Part shown: positions 23,661-33,068 of the stretch, one piece after another
Position numbering within the stretch: the stretch's first letter is position 1
Layout: each line of letters starts with the position of its first letter
Assembly: GCA_018060905.1 (NCBI GenBank)
Contig: JAGOVD010000001.1
Span: 1 to 50,365, forward strand
Length of the DNA stretch: 50,365 nucleotides
Reading direction: 5' to 3'
Source of the DNA: Minisyncoccota bacterium
Lineage (GTDB): Bacteria > Patescibacteriota > Minisyncoccia > Phycocordibacterales > UBA9973
Notes under the pieces: model-generated
Seen by the model: the letters and a program-made list of their open reading frames with translations, nothing else
Database searches by the model: none
Told to the model about the DNA's origin: nothing
Translations under genes and position numbers: made by a program

Positions 23661-25532
23661 TTAAAACCTATCGGGATTTTGTTCTATTTTATACGGGAAG
23701 CGCAATGTTTCGAGGAATGATTGGATGCGGCCTCCTTCTTCCTCTATATATGAGAGGGGTGCCTTGATGATCCAGACCATAAGGACCTTCATACTCCCGA
23801 GATCGATACGACGTGGGGCGAGCGCGGTGATATCGCTATCAGCAAAGAATGTTTCGATCGATTCTTTGACTTTCATGCGATGTCCTTCAGGGACCGTGAG
23901 CGATATTTTGACGAGGAGTCCATACGGCGGATAGCCGAGCTCTTTGCGTACGGCGAGCTCGTCGTGGATGATGGCGTTTATTTTCTGTGTCTCGAGCTGT
24001 TTGATGAGAGGGAACTGGGGATTGCGGGTGCAGACGATGACGCCTTCACTTGATTGCTCGTTGCACTCCATGATGAGACGGAGCGTTGTTTCAGTGGTCG
24101 AGAGCGCTGGTGTCGAGAGCATGCGGTCAAAGTATGGGAAGAGTGTGTAGTGAATACCTTTGAGGTAGGGCAATACTTTGACAGTGCCAACGACGATTGC
24201 GAACTTCTTTTGTTGGACGTTGCGAATCAGTGACTCAACATCCTTGCTATCAGGAGTGATGTCATCATCCACCGCAAAGACGTTGTCGGTACCAACGAGT
24301 GAGACTATTTCTTCATAGAGACTCTCGGTCCCTATGGCGAGTGGGGAGATGTTCCAGCTGCCACAGTAGCTACAGTGGTGTGTAGTTGGGAGTTCTTCGG
24401 CACAGTGCGTGCAGATAAAATACCGTTCACGATTGCCACCGGGCATGACTTTGTTGCGCAGTACCATCGGGAGTTCACAGGCAGGGCAGGAGACGACTGT
24501 CCCACAATCAGCACACCGAGAGAGTGGGGCAATCCCTTTGCGGTTCGTGTATATAAACAGACGAAACTTTTTCTTCTCTGCGTGTCGAATCAGATCCATG
24601 ACCTCACTTGGCAGGGTGGTGCGGTAGTGTTCGATCGGGACGATATGGAGCTTCGTCGGTGTGTAGGTACGAGGCAGATGATCGCCATCTAATCGTGCGA
24701 GCGTTTCTAGTCGTGGCATGGTGTCTCCCCATGTGAGATCGAGATGTGCCTGTTCGCAGAAGTGTTTGATAAGGATACGAGTATCGATCCCATAGCGATC
24801 ATTCGTTTTATAGAGGGTACTCCCTTCATCTTCGGCGATGACAAAACCGAGGTCGTTGCGTGGAATTAAAAAGAATCCCGGTGTTACAAAAACGAGTAGC
24901 GGACGATCAGAGGTCTTGATGAGAGAAAAGGAGCTACGCAAATTTTTCTTTGTGGTCTTGCTATGTAGGACGATGATGTGTTTCTGGATGCCTTTTTCAA
25001 GTCGAGTGCTCCATGTTTCGAGTGCGCGAATAGTGGGAGCGACAAAGTACACGCTTTTCTTTGCGGCAAATGCACCTCGAATGAGTCGTTTGTAGTGATC
25101 AGCGCGATCGAGGGTTCTTGCTGCGAGGACATGTTCTTCGAACGAACTGGTAGGGAGGGGGTGTTCACCGAGGACGTCATTTATTTTTTCACCTTGCATG
25201 TACTCAAAGAGAAACGGCGGAATCGTACTACCGGCAACGGCACCAACCGGTGCAAGTGTCTGAGTTGCGGTTGCGCTTAGTGCGAGGATAGCTTGTTCAA
25301 AATAGGGTAGATGGCCGAGCACGAGCTTTACCTTTTTTAAAGCGAACGCTGCCTGCTTGATAAGTGACTTTGCTTCAGCGAGAGGGATACTTTCGATGAC
25401 GATACCGACAATGAGTTGCCGGCCAAATGGTATTGAGACGAGGGTTCCGAGAGGGATCAGGGACGCAGCGTAGTACGTCAGTGTGTCAAACGGAATACCG
25501 CGGGCAATAGGGATGATTGTTGCGACATACAT
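23661..25532 (-). CDS. priA: primosomal protein N' (PriA), reduced form
   Basis: N-terminal 3'-DNA-binding-like region VATIIPIARGIPFDTLTYY. Cys-rich zinc module CADCGTVVSCPACELP...CTHCAEE...CSYCGS. The C-terminal KELGYPPYG is typical of PriA. Confidence 0.8.
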   Translation of the reverse strand: MYVATIIPIARGIPFDTLTYYAASLIPLGTLVSIPFGRQLIVGIVIESIPLAEAKSLIKQAAFALKKVKLVLGHLPYFEQAILALSATATQTLAPVGAVAGSTIPPFLFEYMQGEKINDVLGEHPLPTSSFEEHVLAARTLDRADHYKRLIRGAFAAKKSVYFVAPTIRALETWSTRLEKGIQKHIIVLHSKTTKKNLRSSFSLIKTSDRPLLVFVTPGFFLIPRNDLGFVIAEDEGSTLYKTNDRYGIDTRILIKHFCEQAHLDLTWGDTMPRLETLARLDGDHLPRTYTPTKLHIVPIEHYRTTLPSEVMDLIRHAEKKKFRLFIYTNRKGIAPLSRCADCGTVVSCPACELPMVLRNKVMPGGNRERYFICTHCAEELPTTHHCSYCGSWNISPLAIGTESLYEEIVSLVGTDNVFAVDDDITPDSKDVESLIRNVQQKKFAIVVGTVKVLPYLKGIHYTLFPYFDRMLSTPALSTTETTLRLIMECNEQSSEGVIVCTRNPQFPLIKQLETQKINAIIHDELAVRKELGYPPYGLLVKISLTVPEGHRMKVKESIETFFADSDITALAPRRIDLGSMKVLMVWIIKAPLSYIEEEGGRIQSFLETLRFPYKIEQNPDRF

Positions 25533-25558
25533 AGAATCACTATACTATTTGTACTACT

Positions 25559-26578
25559 ATGTGGAAACTAGGCACCAGCAAGAAAATCGGTATCGATTTG
25601 GGAACGACAAATACGTTGGTATACGTTGCTGGCAAGGGCGTCGTCCTCAATGAACCAACCGTGGTTGCGGTCGACCGCACGACAAAGACGATTGTCGCTA
25701 TCGGTCTAGAGGCCAAGGACATGATCGGTAAGACTCCTGATACGATCACAGTCTATCGTCCGATGCAGGATGGTGCGATTGCTGATTACAACATCACGTA
25801 CGCATTGTTGCGGTATTTTTTGACCAAGGCACTTGGGCGAAGCTCTCTGTTTAAACCCGACGTACTTGTCTCTGTCCCAGCCGGTATTACATCCACGGAA
25901 CGTCGAGCAGTGATTGAAGCGACTATGAAGGCCGGTGCAAAGAGTGCCATCATCGTCAAAGAAGCAATCCTCGCAGCGCTCGGTGCGGGTGTTTCTATCA
26001 ACGATGCAAAAGGTTGCATGATCATTGACTCAGGTGGAGGGACGACTGACATCGCGGTGATATCACTTGGTGGCATCGTCGCGTCGACGTCGGTCAAATG
26101 TGGTGGCAACAAACTCGACCAAGCAATTATCGACTACATCAAACGCACCTACAACGTCATCATCGGAGACCAGACTGCCGAAGAAGTAAAGAAAACACTT
26201 GCTGCAGCACTTCCTATCACACCCGATAGTACGGGTTCGGTCAAAGGTCGCGATACTGTCGCAGGACTCCCGGTGACACTCTCGATCACGACCAACGAAC
26301 TCGTCAAAGCGATTGACTATGAGTTGAAACTCATCATCAAGGCTATCAAGAGTGTGCTTGAACAGACACCTCCCGAGCTTGCGAGTGACATCATCGACAA
26401 CGGTATTGTCATGACCGGTGGAACAAGCGGACTTGCGCACTTGCCCGCGCTCATCGAACAGCAGACAGGGATCAAGGTACGTGTCGCTGACGATGCATCA
26501 TATGCGGTCGTCAAAGGCACCGGTATCCTTCTCGACCACCTCGATGATTACAAACGTTCTATTTTAGTGAAGAGATAA
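25559..26578 (+). CDS. mreB: rod shape-determining protein MreB
   Basis: IGIDLGTTNTLVYV, DSGGGTTDIAV, MTGGTSGL. 339 aa. Confidence 0.95.
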   Translation: MWKLGTSKKIGIDLGTTNTLVYVAGKGVVLNEPTVVAVDRTTKTIVAIGLEAKDMIGKTPDTITVYRPMQDGAIADYNITYALLRYFLTKALGRSSLFKPDVLVSVPAGITSTERRAVIEATMKAGAKSAIIVKEAILAALGAGVSINDAKGCMIIDSGGGTTDIAVISLGGIVASTSVKCGGNKLDQAIIDYIKRTYNVIIGDQTAEEVKKTLAAALPITPDSTGSVKGRDTVAGLPVTLSITTNELVKAIDYELKLIIKAIKSVLEQTPPELASDIIDNGIVMTGGTSGLAHLPALIEQQTGIKVRVADDASYAVVKGTGILLDHLDDYKRSILVKR

Positions 26579-26671
26579 AAGGTATTTATACCCCAACTTT
26601 TTTGACAAAAAATACTCCACGAGTACTATAAAAAATGACACTAATTTCGTTCATTTTAAAACTTCATACAT

Positions 26672-27136
26672 ATGACAACTTTAACACTCTCGGCAGGTGT
26701 ATATACATTACAACTACAAGGAGAAGTCACGCACTACACCTGGACAGGTGGAAATGCTGAAATAGGAGATTGCGACTGTTCAAATACATATTGGAAGGGA
26801 CAGGCAAGACTTTCAATTGAATCGAGCGATGTTTTTTTTAATTTCGAAACGAGAAAACATCGTGAAATATCCACCAATCAAATTGAGTCACTAGAAAAAG
26901 AATTTGTGGTGATATCCGGGATATCTGAAAATGCCGCGATTGCGAACAGAGAAGAAATCCTTATAGATTTCTGCGAAGCATTATGGGAGAAAATCTGGGA
27001 TGAATTTAATAACCAGAAAGAAGAGAAAAAGTTATTCTTTATTACAACCACTCCTCCTGTTATCGATGGACTACCCTTTGTAAACAAGGGAATCATTATT
27101 GAGCCAGGCCACCAAATGAAAGTATTTACTGATTGA
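26672..27136 (+). CDS. hypothetical protein (154 aa)
   Basis: AT-rich ORF followed by a terminator at 27153-27177. No motif recognised. Confidence 0.45.
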   Translation: MTTLTLSAGVYTLQLQGEVTHYTWTGGNAEIGDCDCSNTYWKGQARLSIESSDVFFNFETRKHREISTNQIESLEKEFVVISGISENAAIANREEILIDFCEALWEKIWDEFNNQKEEKKLFFITTTPPVIDGLPFVNKGIIIEPGHQMKVFTD

Positions 27137-27152
27137 TTTTTTTAGAAACTGT

Positions 27153-27177
27153 AAAGCCCTATTTTGGGCTTTTTTTA
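27153..27177 (+). terminator. intrinsic terminator
   Basis: AGCCC-TATTTT-GGGCT followed by TTTTTTT. Confidence 0.6.
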
Positions 27178-27201
27178 TTCCAATATTAGAAAATATTAGA
27201 A

Positions 27202-27831
27202 ATGTGCTTGATGCGTTACAATACTTCTATGATTAACTTTGCATCTTACAAACCACAGCGGATATTTCTCGTTCAGGGAAATGAAGAAACATACGAAGGT
27301 ATCGTTCGAGATGTAGATACTGCCATTGTGCAGAAACTTTCTGTCTCACGATTTACTGTTGATCATGCGCACGTAGTTGCTTCGTTTGCGACTGAGGGCG
27401 ACGGGAGAGAGCGAATGCTCATCGTGTATTTCTCTATATTTTCCCCGGACGCAGCACAGATACTTTTGAAATCTCTCGAAGAACCGGATGAACAGACAAC
27501 GATTATTTTCGTCACCCCGTATCCTTATATCGTACCGATCACGATTCGTTCTCGAGTCATGCTGATCCAGACAGAGCGATCAACTATCGTTCCGGTGAAG
27601 CGGACGCGTGAGCAAGCTCTGCAGTATGTCAAAGATGAGCTTTCGAGCGAAAGTGAAGATGATGCAGCGACCCGTCGGGCGAAGGCAGTGGTATTTCTCG
27701 ATGAGCTTGAGACACTCTATAAGTCCGACTCTCGCAAATCACAGACAATCTACGAAGCGAAGCACATGCTGTTTGCCGCGAATCTCCCCACCAAATACGT
27801 CATGGAGTATGTCGTGAGTGCTGTGATATAA
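27202..27831 (+). CDS. holB: DNA polymerase III delta'-like protein (short, no P-loop)
   Basis: AAQILLKSLEEPDEQTTIIFVT....VPITIRSRV matches the clamp-loader sensor region NALLKTLEEP...TI.SRC. No Walker A is visible. Confidence 0.6.
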   Translation: MCLMRYNTSMINFASYKPQRIFLVQGNEETYEGIVRDVDTAIVQKLSVSRFTVDHAHVVASFATEGDGRERMLIVYFSIFSPDAAQILLKSLEEPDEQTTIIFVTPYPYIVPITIRSRVMLIQTERSTIVPVKRTREQALQYVKDELSSESEDDAATRRAKAVVFLDELETLYKSDSRKSQTIYEAKHMLFAANLPTKYVMEYVVSAVI

Positions 27832-27838
27832 TGACGGT

Positions 27839-28375
27839 ATGTATACGTTAGAAGTATTTAAAGCAGAAGCAAAGCAAGCCGAAGAATGGCTTACCAAAGA
27901 GTACGCGCAGATTCACACGGGGCGTGCAGCACCGGCACTCCTCGATGGTGTGCAGACTGAGAGCTATGGCGCCTACCAACCACTCAAAAATGTTGCGAGT
28001 GTTTCTATCGAAGACCCCAAGACACTGCGCGTCGTCCCATGGGACAAATCTCAGATCAAAGATATCGAGCGCGCACTCCATGGTGCAAATCTCGGCTTCT
28101 CTGTGGCGTCTGATGATCAAGGTGTGCGCGTGATCATCCCAGCACTCACGACTGAGACTCGCAACCAACTTGCAAAGATCGCCAAAGACAAACTCGAAGA
28201 CGCACGCATCACAATCCGCAAGGCTCGCGAAGCCATGCTCAACGAGCTCAAAGACCTGAAACTCCCCGAAGACACCTTCCGCAATGCCAAAGACGACCTC
28301 CAAAAACTCGTCGATGCCGCCAACGACACCCTCGAAGCACAACTCAAACGTAAAGAAGGGGAGATACAGAGCTAG
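27839..28375 (+). CDS. frr: ribosome recycling factor
   Basis: HTGRAAPALLDGV....LRVVPWDKSQIKDIERAL....RVIIPALTTETR...AKD..E.ARI.IR..R. 178 aa. Confidence 0.95.
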   Translation: MYTLEVFKAEAKQAEEWLTKEYAQIHTGRAAPALLDGVQTESYGAYQPLKNVASVSIEDPKTLRVVPWDKSQIKDIERALHGANLGFSVASDDQGVRVIIPALTTETRNQLAKIAKDKLEDARITIRKAREAMLNELKDLKLPEDTFRNAKDDLQKLVDAANDTLEAQLKRKEGEIQS

Positions 28376-28486
28376 GTAAAACAAGCGTGCTTATTGATAC
28401 GTGGTTGTGGCTGCTGTATAATATTGATGCGTAATATTTGTTTTAGATTTGTGCTTAAGATAAGCGACTAGATTTTGTTTCAATAA

Positions 28487-29035
28487 ATGCACGAAAAGCC
28501 TCAATTGAATAAAAAAGAATCAACTCTTGAAAACAAAGAGGTTTTTATAGACACACTCAAGATAGATAGTGAAGTAAATCCCACCATTGGTTTCTCTGAA
28601 CTTATTCAAAAAAGAAAAGAGAATGATCTAGTGGAGATCGAAAGGTTAACAAAGGAACTCAAAGGGACAAGTCTTATTGAAGAAAAACCTTCTGTAGAAA
28701 AAGATTTCAGTTCAAAAGAAATTGCGCAAAGAATTTCCGATGAGAGGGATATACATAAACTAGGACAAGAGCAACAGCGGCAAACAGAACGATATAATGT
28801 CAGCCCAGAAGAACAAGGAATTTTGGCATGGGAAGATAAGGCAAGAAAAGCACAACAAACTATCGATATAGCAGAAAGCCGGCTTGCTCTTGGGGAGACT
28901 GAGTTTAAAGAAATGTTCGGGGAGCTAGCTGATACAATGAAAGAATCAATCCCGCGTACCATTGAGGAAAATAGAAAACATATTGAAGAATATACATCAA
29001 TAGCGAAAGGGTTGCGGGAGAAAAAGAATGAATGA
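28487..29035 (+). CDS. hypothetical charged/coiled-coil protein
   Basis: 182 aa rich in E, K and Q. Its stop overlaps the next start (ATGA). Confidence 0.45.
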   Translation: MHEKPQLNKKESTLENKEVFIDTLKIDSEVNPTIGFSELIQKRKENDLVEIERLTKELKGTSLIEEKPSVEKDFSSKEIAQRISDERDIHKLGQEQQRQTERYNVSPEEQGILAWEDKARKAQQTIDIAESRLALGETEFKEMFGELADTMKESIPRTIEENRKHIEEYTSIAKGLREKKNE

Positions 29036-29343
29036 ATATGAATTTGAAAAACGATCAACAAAAGAATAACTTTATTGTGGGCGGTACATTGTTTGTGGTA
29101 GGTAGTGTTTTGTTCTGGTTTAGTACCTCAAAAACCAATCTTCCATGGGAAACATCTCTAAAAGCAACATACTTTTTAGGAATAATTTGCTTTACACTTC
29201 TTTTTATATTTCAAAGATTATTTATAGAATTGAAATTAGTCACCAATGTGAAAAAGAAGGTAGGTATGTATACCCTGATTTTAGCAACTGGAATTTTAGG
29301 GTACCTGCTTCTAATTTTTGTATTGGACTTATTTCCCTTGTAA
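29032..29343 (+). CDS. hypothetical small membrane protein (about 3 TM)
   Basis: Hydrophobic helices FIVGGTLFVVGSVLFWF, YFLGIICFTLLFIF and LILATGILGYLLLIFVL. Translationally coupled to the upstream ORF. Confidence 0.45.
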   Translation: MNMNLKNDQQKNNFIVGGTLFVVGSVLFWFSTSKTNLPWETSLKATYFLGIICFTLLFIFQRLFIELKLVTNVKKKVGMYTLILATGILGYLLLIFVLDLFPL

Positions 29344-29393
29344 TAGCGCTAAAAGTCTTTATGTACCAAGAGTAAAGGGGACTTAGGGAGATA

Positions 29394-29422
29394 TTGACAA
29401 AAAGGTATTTTTAGTATATAAT
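29394..29422 (+). promoter_or_regulatory. perfect consensus sigma-70-type promoter TTGACA-17-TATAAT
   Basis: TTGACA at 29394-29399, exactly 17 nt, TATAAT at 29417-29422. About 115 nt upstream of the next ATG. Confidence 0.7.
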
Positions 29423-29536
29423 ATGTACAAGTTAGTGCGTAAACCAGCGGCACTTTAAAGTCATCTGCGGATGGCCACAAACTACTCCAAGCGAGTGAAA
29501 AGTCTGGATTTTCTTTCAAAATAAAATAATTAAAAA

Positions 29537-30220
29537 ATGAACACAAAAAAATTTTACGAGAATGTAATGTCTCGCCAAACACTTATCACTACTGTCATCT
29601 TAGTGGTAATTACATCTACTTCTTTTACACATTTTGTGTTAGGAGGATCTATGGGATGGGTACTTTTGTCGATCCCTATAATGATGGTAGCCATGGCTTT
29701 CATCATATGTATGAACTATGCGATTCGGAAAACAATATGGTTGTATTCGGATGAAAGAAAACAATTGTTGAAACAACAAGAAATAGAAAAGGTTCAACAA
29801 GAGCGAGCTACAAAAGCACAGGAATTGCTTACAAAGATCAATGATTCAGAATACAAACCAACATGGAATGATGTTTGTTTCATCTTAAAAGTGTTAGATT
29901 GTTCAGAATTATCAGAATTGAACAGAGCCATTCTTATCACGAAAGTGAATTTTGTGGATCTGTTTGATATATCTGACATCAAACAGCACATGAAATGGCA
30001 ATCCACAGAATCTTTCGGAAATGCTTTATGGCATATTGAGAGAGCGTTGAAATGTACTTTCAATGATTCAATTCTCAAAACTCTTATTGCAAGCATTCAA
30101 GAAATTGAACGATGTAAAGAGTACAAAGGCTACGAGGCGTTATGTGGTCAGCTTAAGTATCATAAGTGTGAGACATTGATAAGATTAGCACTACCAACAA
30201 CAAAAGAGTTAGCTTATTAA
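29537..30220 (+). CDS. hypothetical membrane protein (2 N-terminal TM)
   Basis: LITTVILVVITSTSF and WVLLSIPIMMVAMAFIICM, followed by a soluble C-terminal domain. Terminator follows. Confidence 0.5.
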   Translation: MNTKKFYENVMSRQTLITTVILVVITSTSFTHFVLGGSMGWVLLSIPIMMVAMAFIICMNYAIRKTIWLYSDERKQLLKQQEIEKVQQERATKAQELLTKINDSEYKPTWNDVCFILKVLDCSELSELNRAILITKVNFVDLFDISDIKQHMKWQSTESFGNALWHIERALKCTFNDSILKTLIASIQEIERCKEYKGYEALCGQLKYHKCETLIRLALPTTKELAY

Positions 30221-30239
30221 GAAACTAATTCAAAGATGT

Positions 30240-30276
30240 TACCCCTTCGTTTATACGAAGGGGTATTTTTATTTTT
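30240..30276 (+). terminator. intrinsic terminator
   Basis: 10-bp stem TACCCCTTCG/CGAAGGGGTA followed by TTTTTATTTTT. Confidence 0.75.
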
Positions 30277-30296
30277 ATACGGTATAATACCTCTTC

Positions 30297-31346
30297 ATGA
30301 CTATCATCTTATTTATCCTCGTCCTCTTGGTAACCGTCCTTGTGCATGAATGGGGGCATTTTATCGCGGCCAAAAAGAGTGGCATGCTCGTCGAAGAATT
30401 TGGCTTCGGTATACCGCCGAGACTGTGGAGTTTCAAAAAAGGCGAGACGAAGTATTCTATCAACGCACTTCCGATCGGTGGCTTTGTCAAAATAGCAGGG
30501 GAAAATGGTGCCGAAAACACTGTTCCGTATGAACGTCAGTTTGAAAGCAAGCCGTGGTACATCAAAAGCATCGTGCTCGTTGCGGGGGTTGTCTGCAACT
30601 TTGTTCTCGGACTCGTCCTCTTTACTATTGCGTATACGATCGGCATGCCGGGTATGACACCAACAGGAACGCCGACAGTCATCGGTGTCGTCGCAGGAAG
30701 TCCAACTGAAGCATCGGGTATCACCGTGGGCGATACGATCCAATCATTATCAGTCGGCGGAGTGATGCTCACCACGGTTGATACTGATCAGGTTCGCACT
30801 GCGATTCAAACATCAGATGGTCCGGTTACTGTCGCGTACACACATGATGGAGTACCTCGTGTTGCGACTATTGAGCCGGCAGTATCTGATACAGGGCGAC
30901 TCATGGGTATCGGTATTGAGCGGATCGGCATCGTCAAGGAACCGTTCTTTGGCGCTATTGCAACGGCATGGAAACAATCCGTCGCACTCACCGGCAATAT
31001 CTTTTCTGCGATCGGCACACTTGTCGGAGGGTTGCTCACTGGTCATGGATCGACAGCGGGACTCATTGGCCCAGTCGGTCTCGCAAAAGAAGTGGGCAAT
31101 GCGGCGACGTTTGGTGCGACATATCTCCTTGCCTTTGTCGCAACTATCTCACTCAATTTGGCAGTGCTCAACATCATGCCATTTCCTGCGCTCGATGGGG
31201 GACGACTCCTCGTCGTGTGGGGAGAGGCGCTGACTCGACGCAAATTTTCAGCAACGACGGTGGGTATTATTCATACCATCGGCTTCCTTGTTTTGATCGG
31301 CTTGATGATTGTCCTAACGATTGGAGACATACGGAGGGCCTTGTAA
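30297..31346 (+). CDS. rseP: RIP metalloprotease RseP (site-2 protease, M50)
   Basis: HEWGHF (HExxH) in the first TM, a central PDZ-like region, and the C-terminal NIMPFPALDGG (NxxPxxxLDG). Confidence 0.9.
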   Translation: MTIILFILVLLVTVLVHEWGHFIAAKKSGMLVEEFGFGIPPRLWSFKKGETKYSINALPIGGFVKIAGENGAENTVPYERQFESKPWYIKSIVLVAGVVCNFVLGLVLFTIAYTIGMPGMTPTGTPTVIGVVAGSPTEASGITVGDTIQSLSVGGVMLTTVDTDQVRTAIQTSDGPVTVAYTHDGVPRVATIEPAVSDTGRLMGIGIERIGIVKEPFFGAIATAWKQSVALTGNIFSAIGTLVGGLLTGHGSTAGLIGPVGLAKEVGNAATFGATYLLAFVATISLNLAVLNIMPFPALDGGRLLVVWGEALTRRKFSATTVGIIHTIGFLVLIGLMIVLTIGDIRRAL

Positions 31347-31450
31347 TACAAGGGTCAAATACGAGGATATGGTATAGTTTGACATTTCTTGCATCCATGA
31401 TAGAGTGAATCTATAGTATTTTAGAGTAATTCATAATCCACCACAAATTT

Positions 31451-32482
31451 ATGGCAGTTATCAGTTTCAAACCAAAACAAGTCACCAAACGGCTATTGTC
31501 GAATCTCCAAGATCGTGCACATGATATTATTGTCAATCGATATGGACTTACCGACACTGCGGACTCAAAGACGCTCGAAGCGATCGGCAAGAAATACGGC
31601 ATCACTCGTGAGCGTGTTCGTCAGATAGAAAATGCGGCACTAACTGCTATTCGCAAAAGTGATGCGTTTAAGACGGAGCACAAAACATTTACCGAACTTA
31701 AGGCGCTCATGGAAACTACCGGTGCGATGGTGCATGAAGATGATTTTCTCTCGTTTATTTCAAAAGACAAATCAGTGCAAAACCATGTTCGGTTCTACCT
31801 TGTTCTTGGGGATGAATTCAAAAACCTCAAAGAAGACGAACATTTTCACGGACGATGGTCTGTCGATGAAAGTCTCTCTACTGCAGTACATGAGGCACTC
31901 CACAGTGTATATCGCACACTCGATGACAAAGAACTCCTTTCACAAGAAGATCTCGTCACTCGATTTTTGAAAGAAATCAAAGATGTTGCTGATCAGTATA
32001 AAAACGAAGAAGTCGCACGTCGATGGCTCAACATCTCAAAGAAAATTGCTCAGAACCCACTTGGTGAATGGGGTCCTGCTGATAGTCAAAATATCAAAAC
32101 TCGTGGCATCAAAGACTATGCATTCCTTATGATGCGCAAACATGGTTCTCCTATGCACTTCCGTGAAGTCGCAAAAGCTATCGTCGACACCTTTGGTCGC
32201 AAGACACATGTCGCAACGACACACAACGAGCTCATCAAAGATCCACGATTCGTTCTCGTTGGTCGCGGATACTACGCACTTGCAGAATGGGGATACAAGC
32301 CAGGCATCGTACGTGATGTCATCAAAGAAATCCTCGTCAAAGAAGGACCACTCAGCAAAGAAGACGTCATCGAACGAGTGTTGAAAGAACGTTTCCTCAA
32401 AAAGAACACGATTCTTGTTAACCTTCAGAATGCAAAATATTTCAAGAAGCTTGCAGACGGACGATATACAGTAGCTAAATAA
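31451..32482 (+). CDS. sigma-70 region-4-like HTH plus HARE-HTH domain protein
   Basis: TLEAIGKKYGITRERVRQIENAAL is a region 4.2 signature. The C-terminal MHFREVAKAIVDTF......HNELIKDPRFVLVGRGYYALAEWGY fits the HARE-HTH pattern. Confidence 0.6.
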   Translation: MAVISFKPKQVTKRLLSNLQDRAHDIIVNRYGLTDTADSKTLEAIGKKYGITRERVRQIENAALTAIRKSDAFKTEHKTFTELKALMETTGAMVHEDDFLSFISKDKSVQNHVRFYLVLGDEFKNLKEDEHFHGRWSVDESLSTAVHEALHSVYRTLDDKELLSQEDLVTRFLKEIKDVADQYKNEEVARRWLNISKKIAQNPLGEWGPADSQNIKTRGIKDYAFLMMRKHGSPMHFREVAKAIVDTFGRKTHVATTHNELIKDPRFVLVGRGYYALAEWGYKPGIVRDVIKEILVKEGPLSKEDVIERVLKERFLKKNTILVNLQNAKYFKKLADGRYTVAK

Positions 32483-32508
32483 ACAACGGTGTGTCAAAAT
32501 AGTCGTAT

Positions 32509-33027
32509 ATGGCAGATGACAAAGGAGGAGGTGGAGGTAGCTCGTGGGAACCCTTCGAGATTATTATCGTAATACTGCTTATTGTGGCGTTGTTATCGCG
32601 ACTTCCAGGTGGTGCACCTGCGACAACACAGGAGCAGCAGACACCGAAACCAAAGGTTGTCACTACGCCAAAACCTGATCCAGCTATGTGTGGAATCACG
32701 ATTGCGCGACCGCATGCACTTGAGAGGGTGGCGAACTTTGTTACGCTCATTGGGTCTACACAAGGGTGCAACTGGCCTATAGGTAGTGATGGTGTCGCAC
32801 TCTATGCACAAGTCATCGACGCTCGCGGTATGCCAGTGTCGGCATATACGACCGTGGTAGCTACAACAACCGATCTCCCAACTGTTGGTGGTAGTACATC
32901 CGTACATTTTGACACCGCGATTCAACTTATCGATGCGCCGGCAACGGCGACAGGGTACGTCATCCTCATTCCGGCGACCAATCCCAGTGATCAATCTCTT
33001 ACGATGCGGATTCCAATCAAGTTTTAA
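32509..33027 (+). CDS. hypothetical membrane-anchored protein (possible Ig-like Gmad2-type domain)
   Basis: Gly-rich N-terminus, TM helix IIIVILLIVALL, Pro/Thr linker, then a beta-rich ~110 aa domain. Confidence 0.45.
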   Translation: MADDKGGGGGSSWEPFEIIIVILLIVALLSRLPGGAPATTQEQQTPKPKVVTTPKPDPAMCGITIARPHALERVANFVTLIGSTQGCNWPIGSDGVALYAQVIDARGMPVSAYTTVVATTTDLPTVGGSTSVHFDTAIQLIDAPATATGYVILIPATNPSDQSLTMRIPIKF

Positions 33028-33068
33028 TACAAGTACTGAAAATAATACACGAGTGCTATACTACAGGC

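Noticed and set aside
27848-28384. 178-aa minus-strand ORF
   Set aside because: It is an exact mirror of frr, and RRF motifs are on the plus strand.
30283-30299. Leaderless mRNAs for rseP (TATAAT 8 nt before the ATG) and grpE (TATAAT 49298-49303, 7 nt before ATG 49311)
   Set aside because: This is suggestive spacing only. The -35 regions are poor and transcription starts cannot be established from sequence alone.
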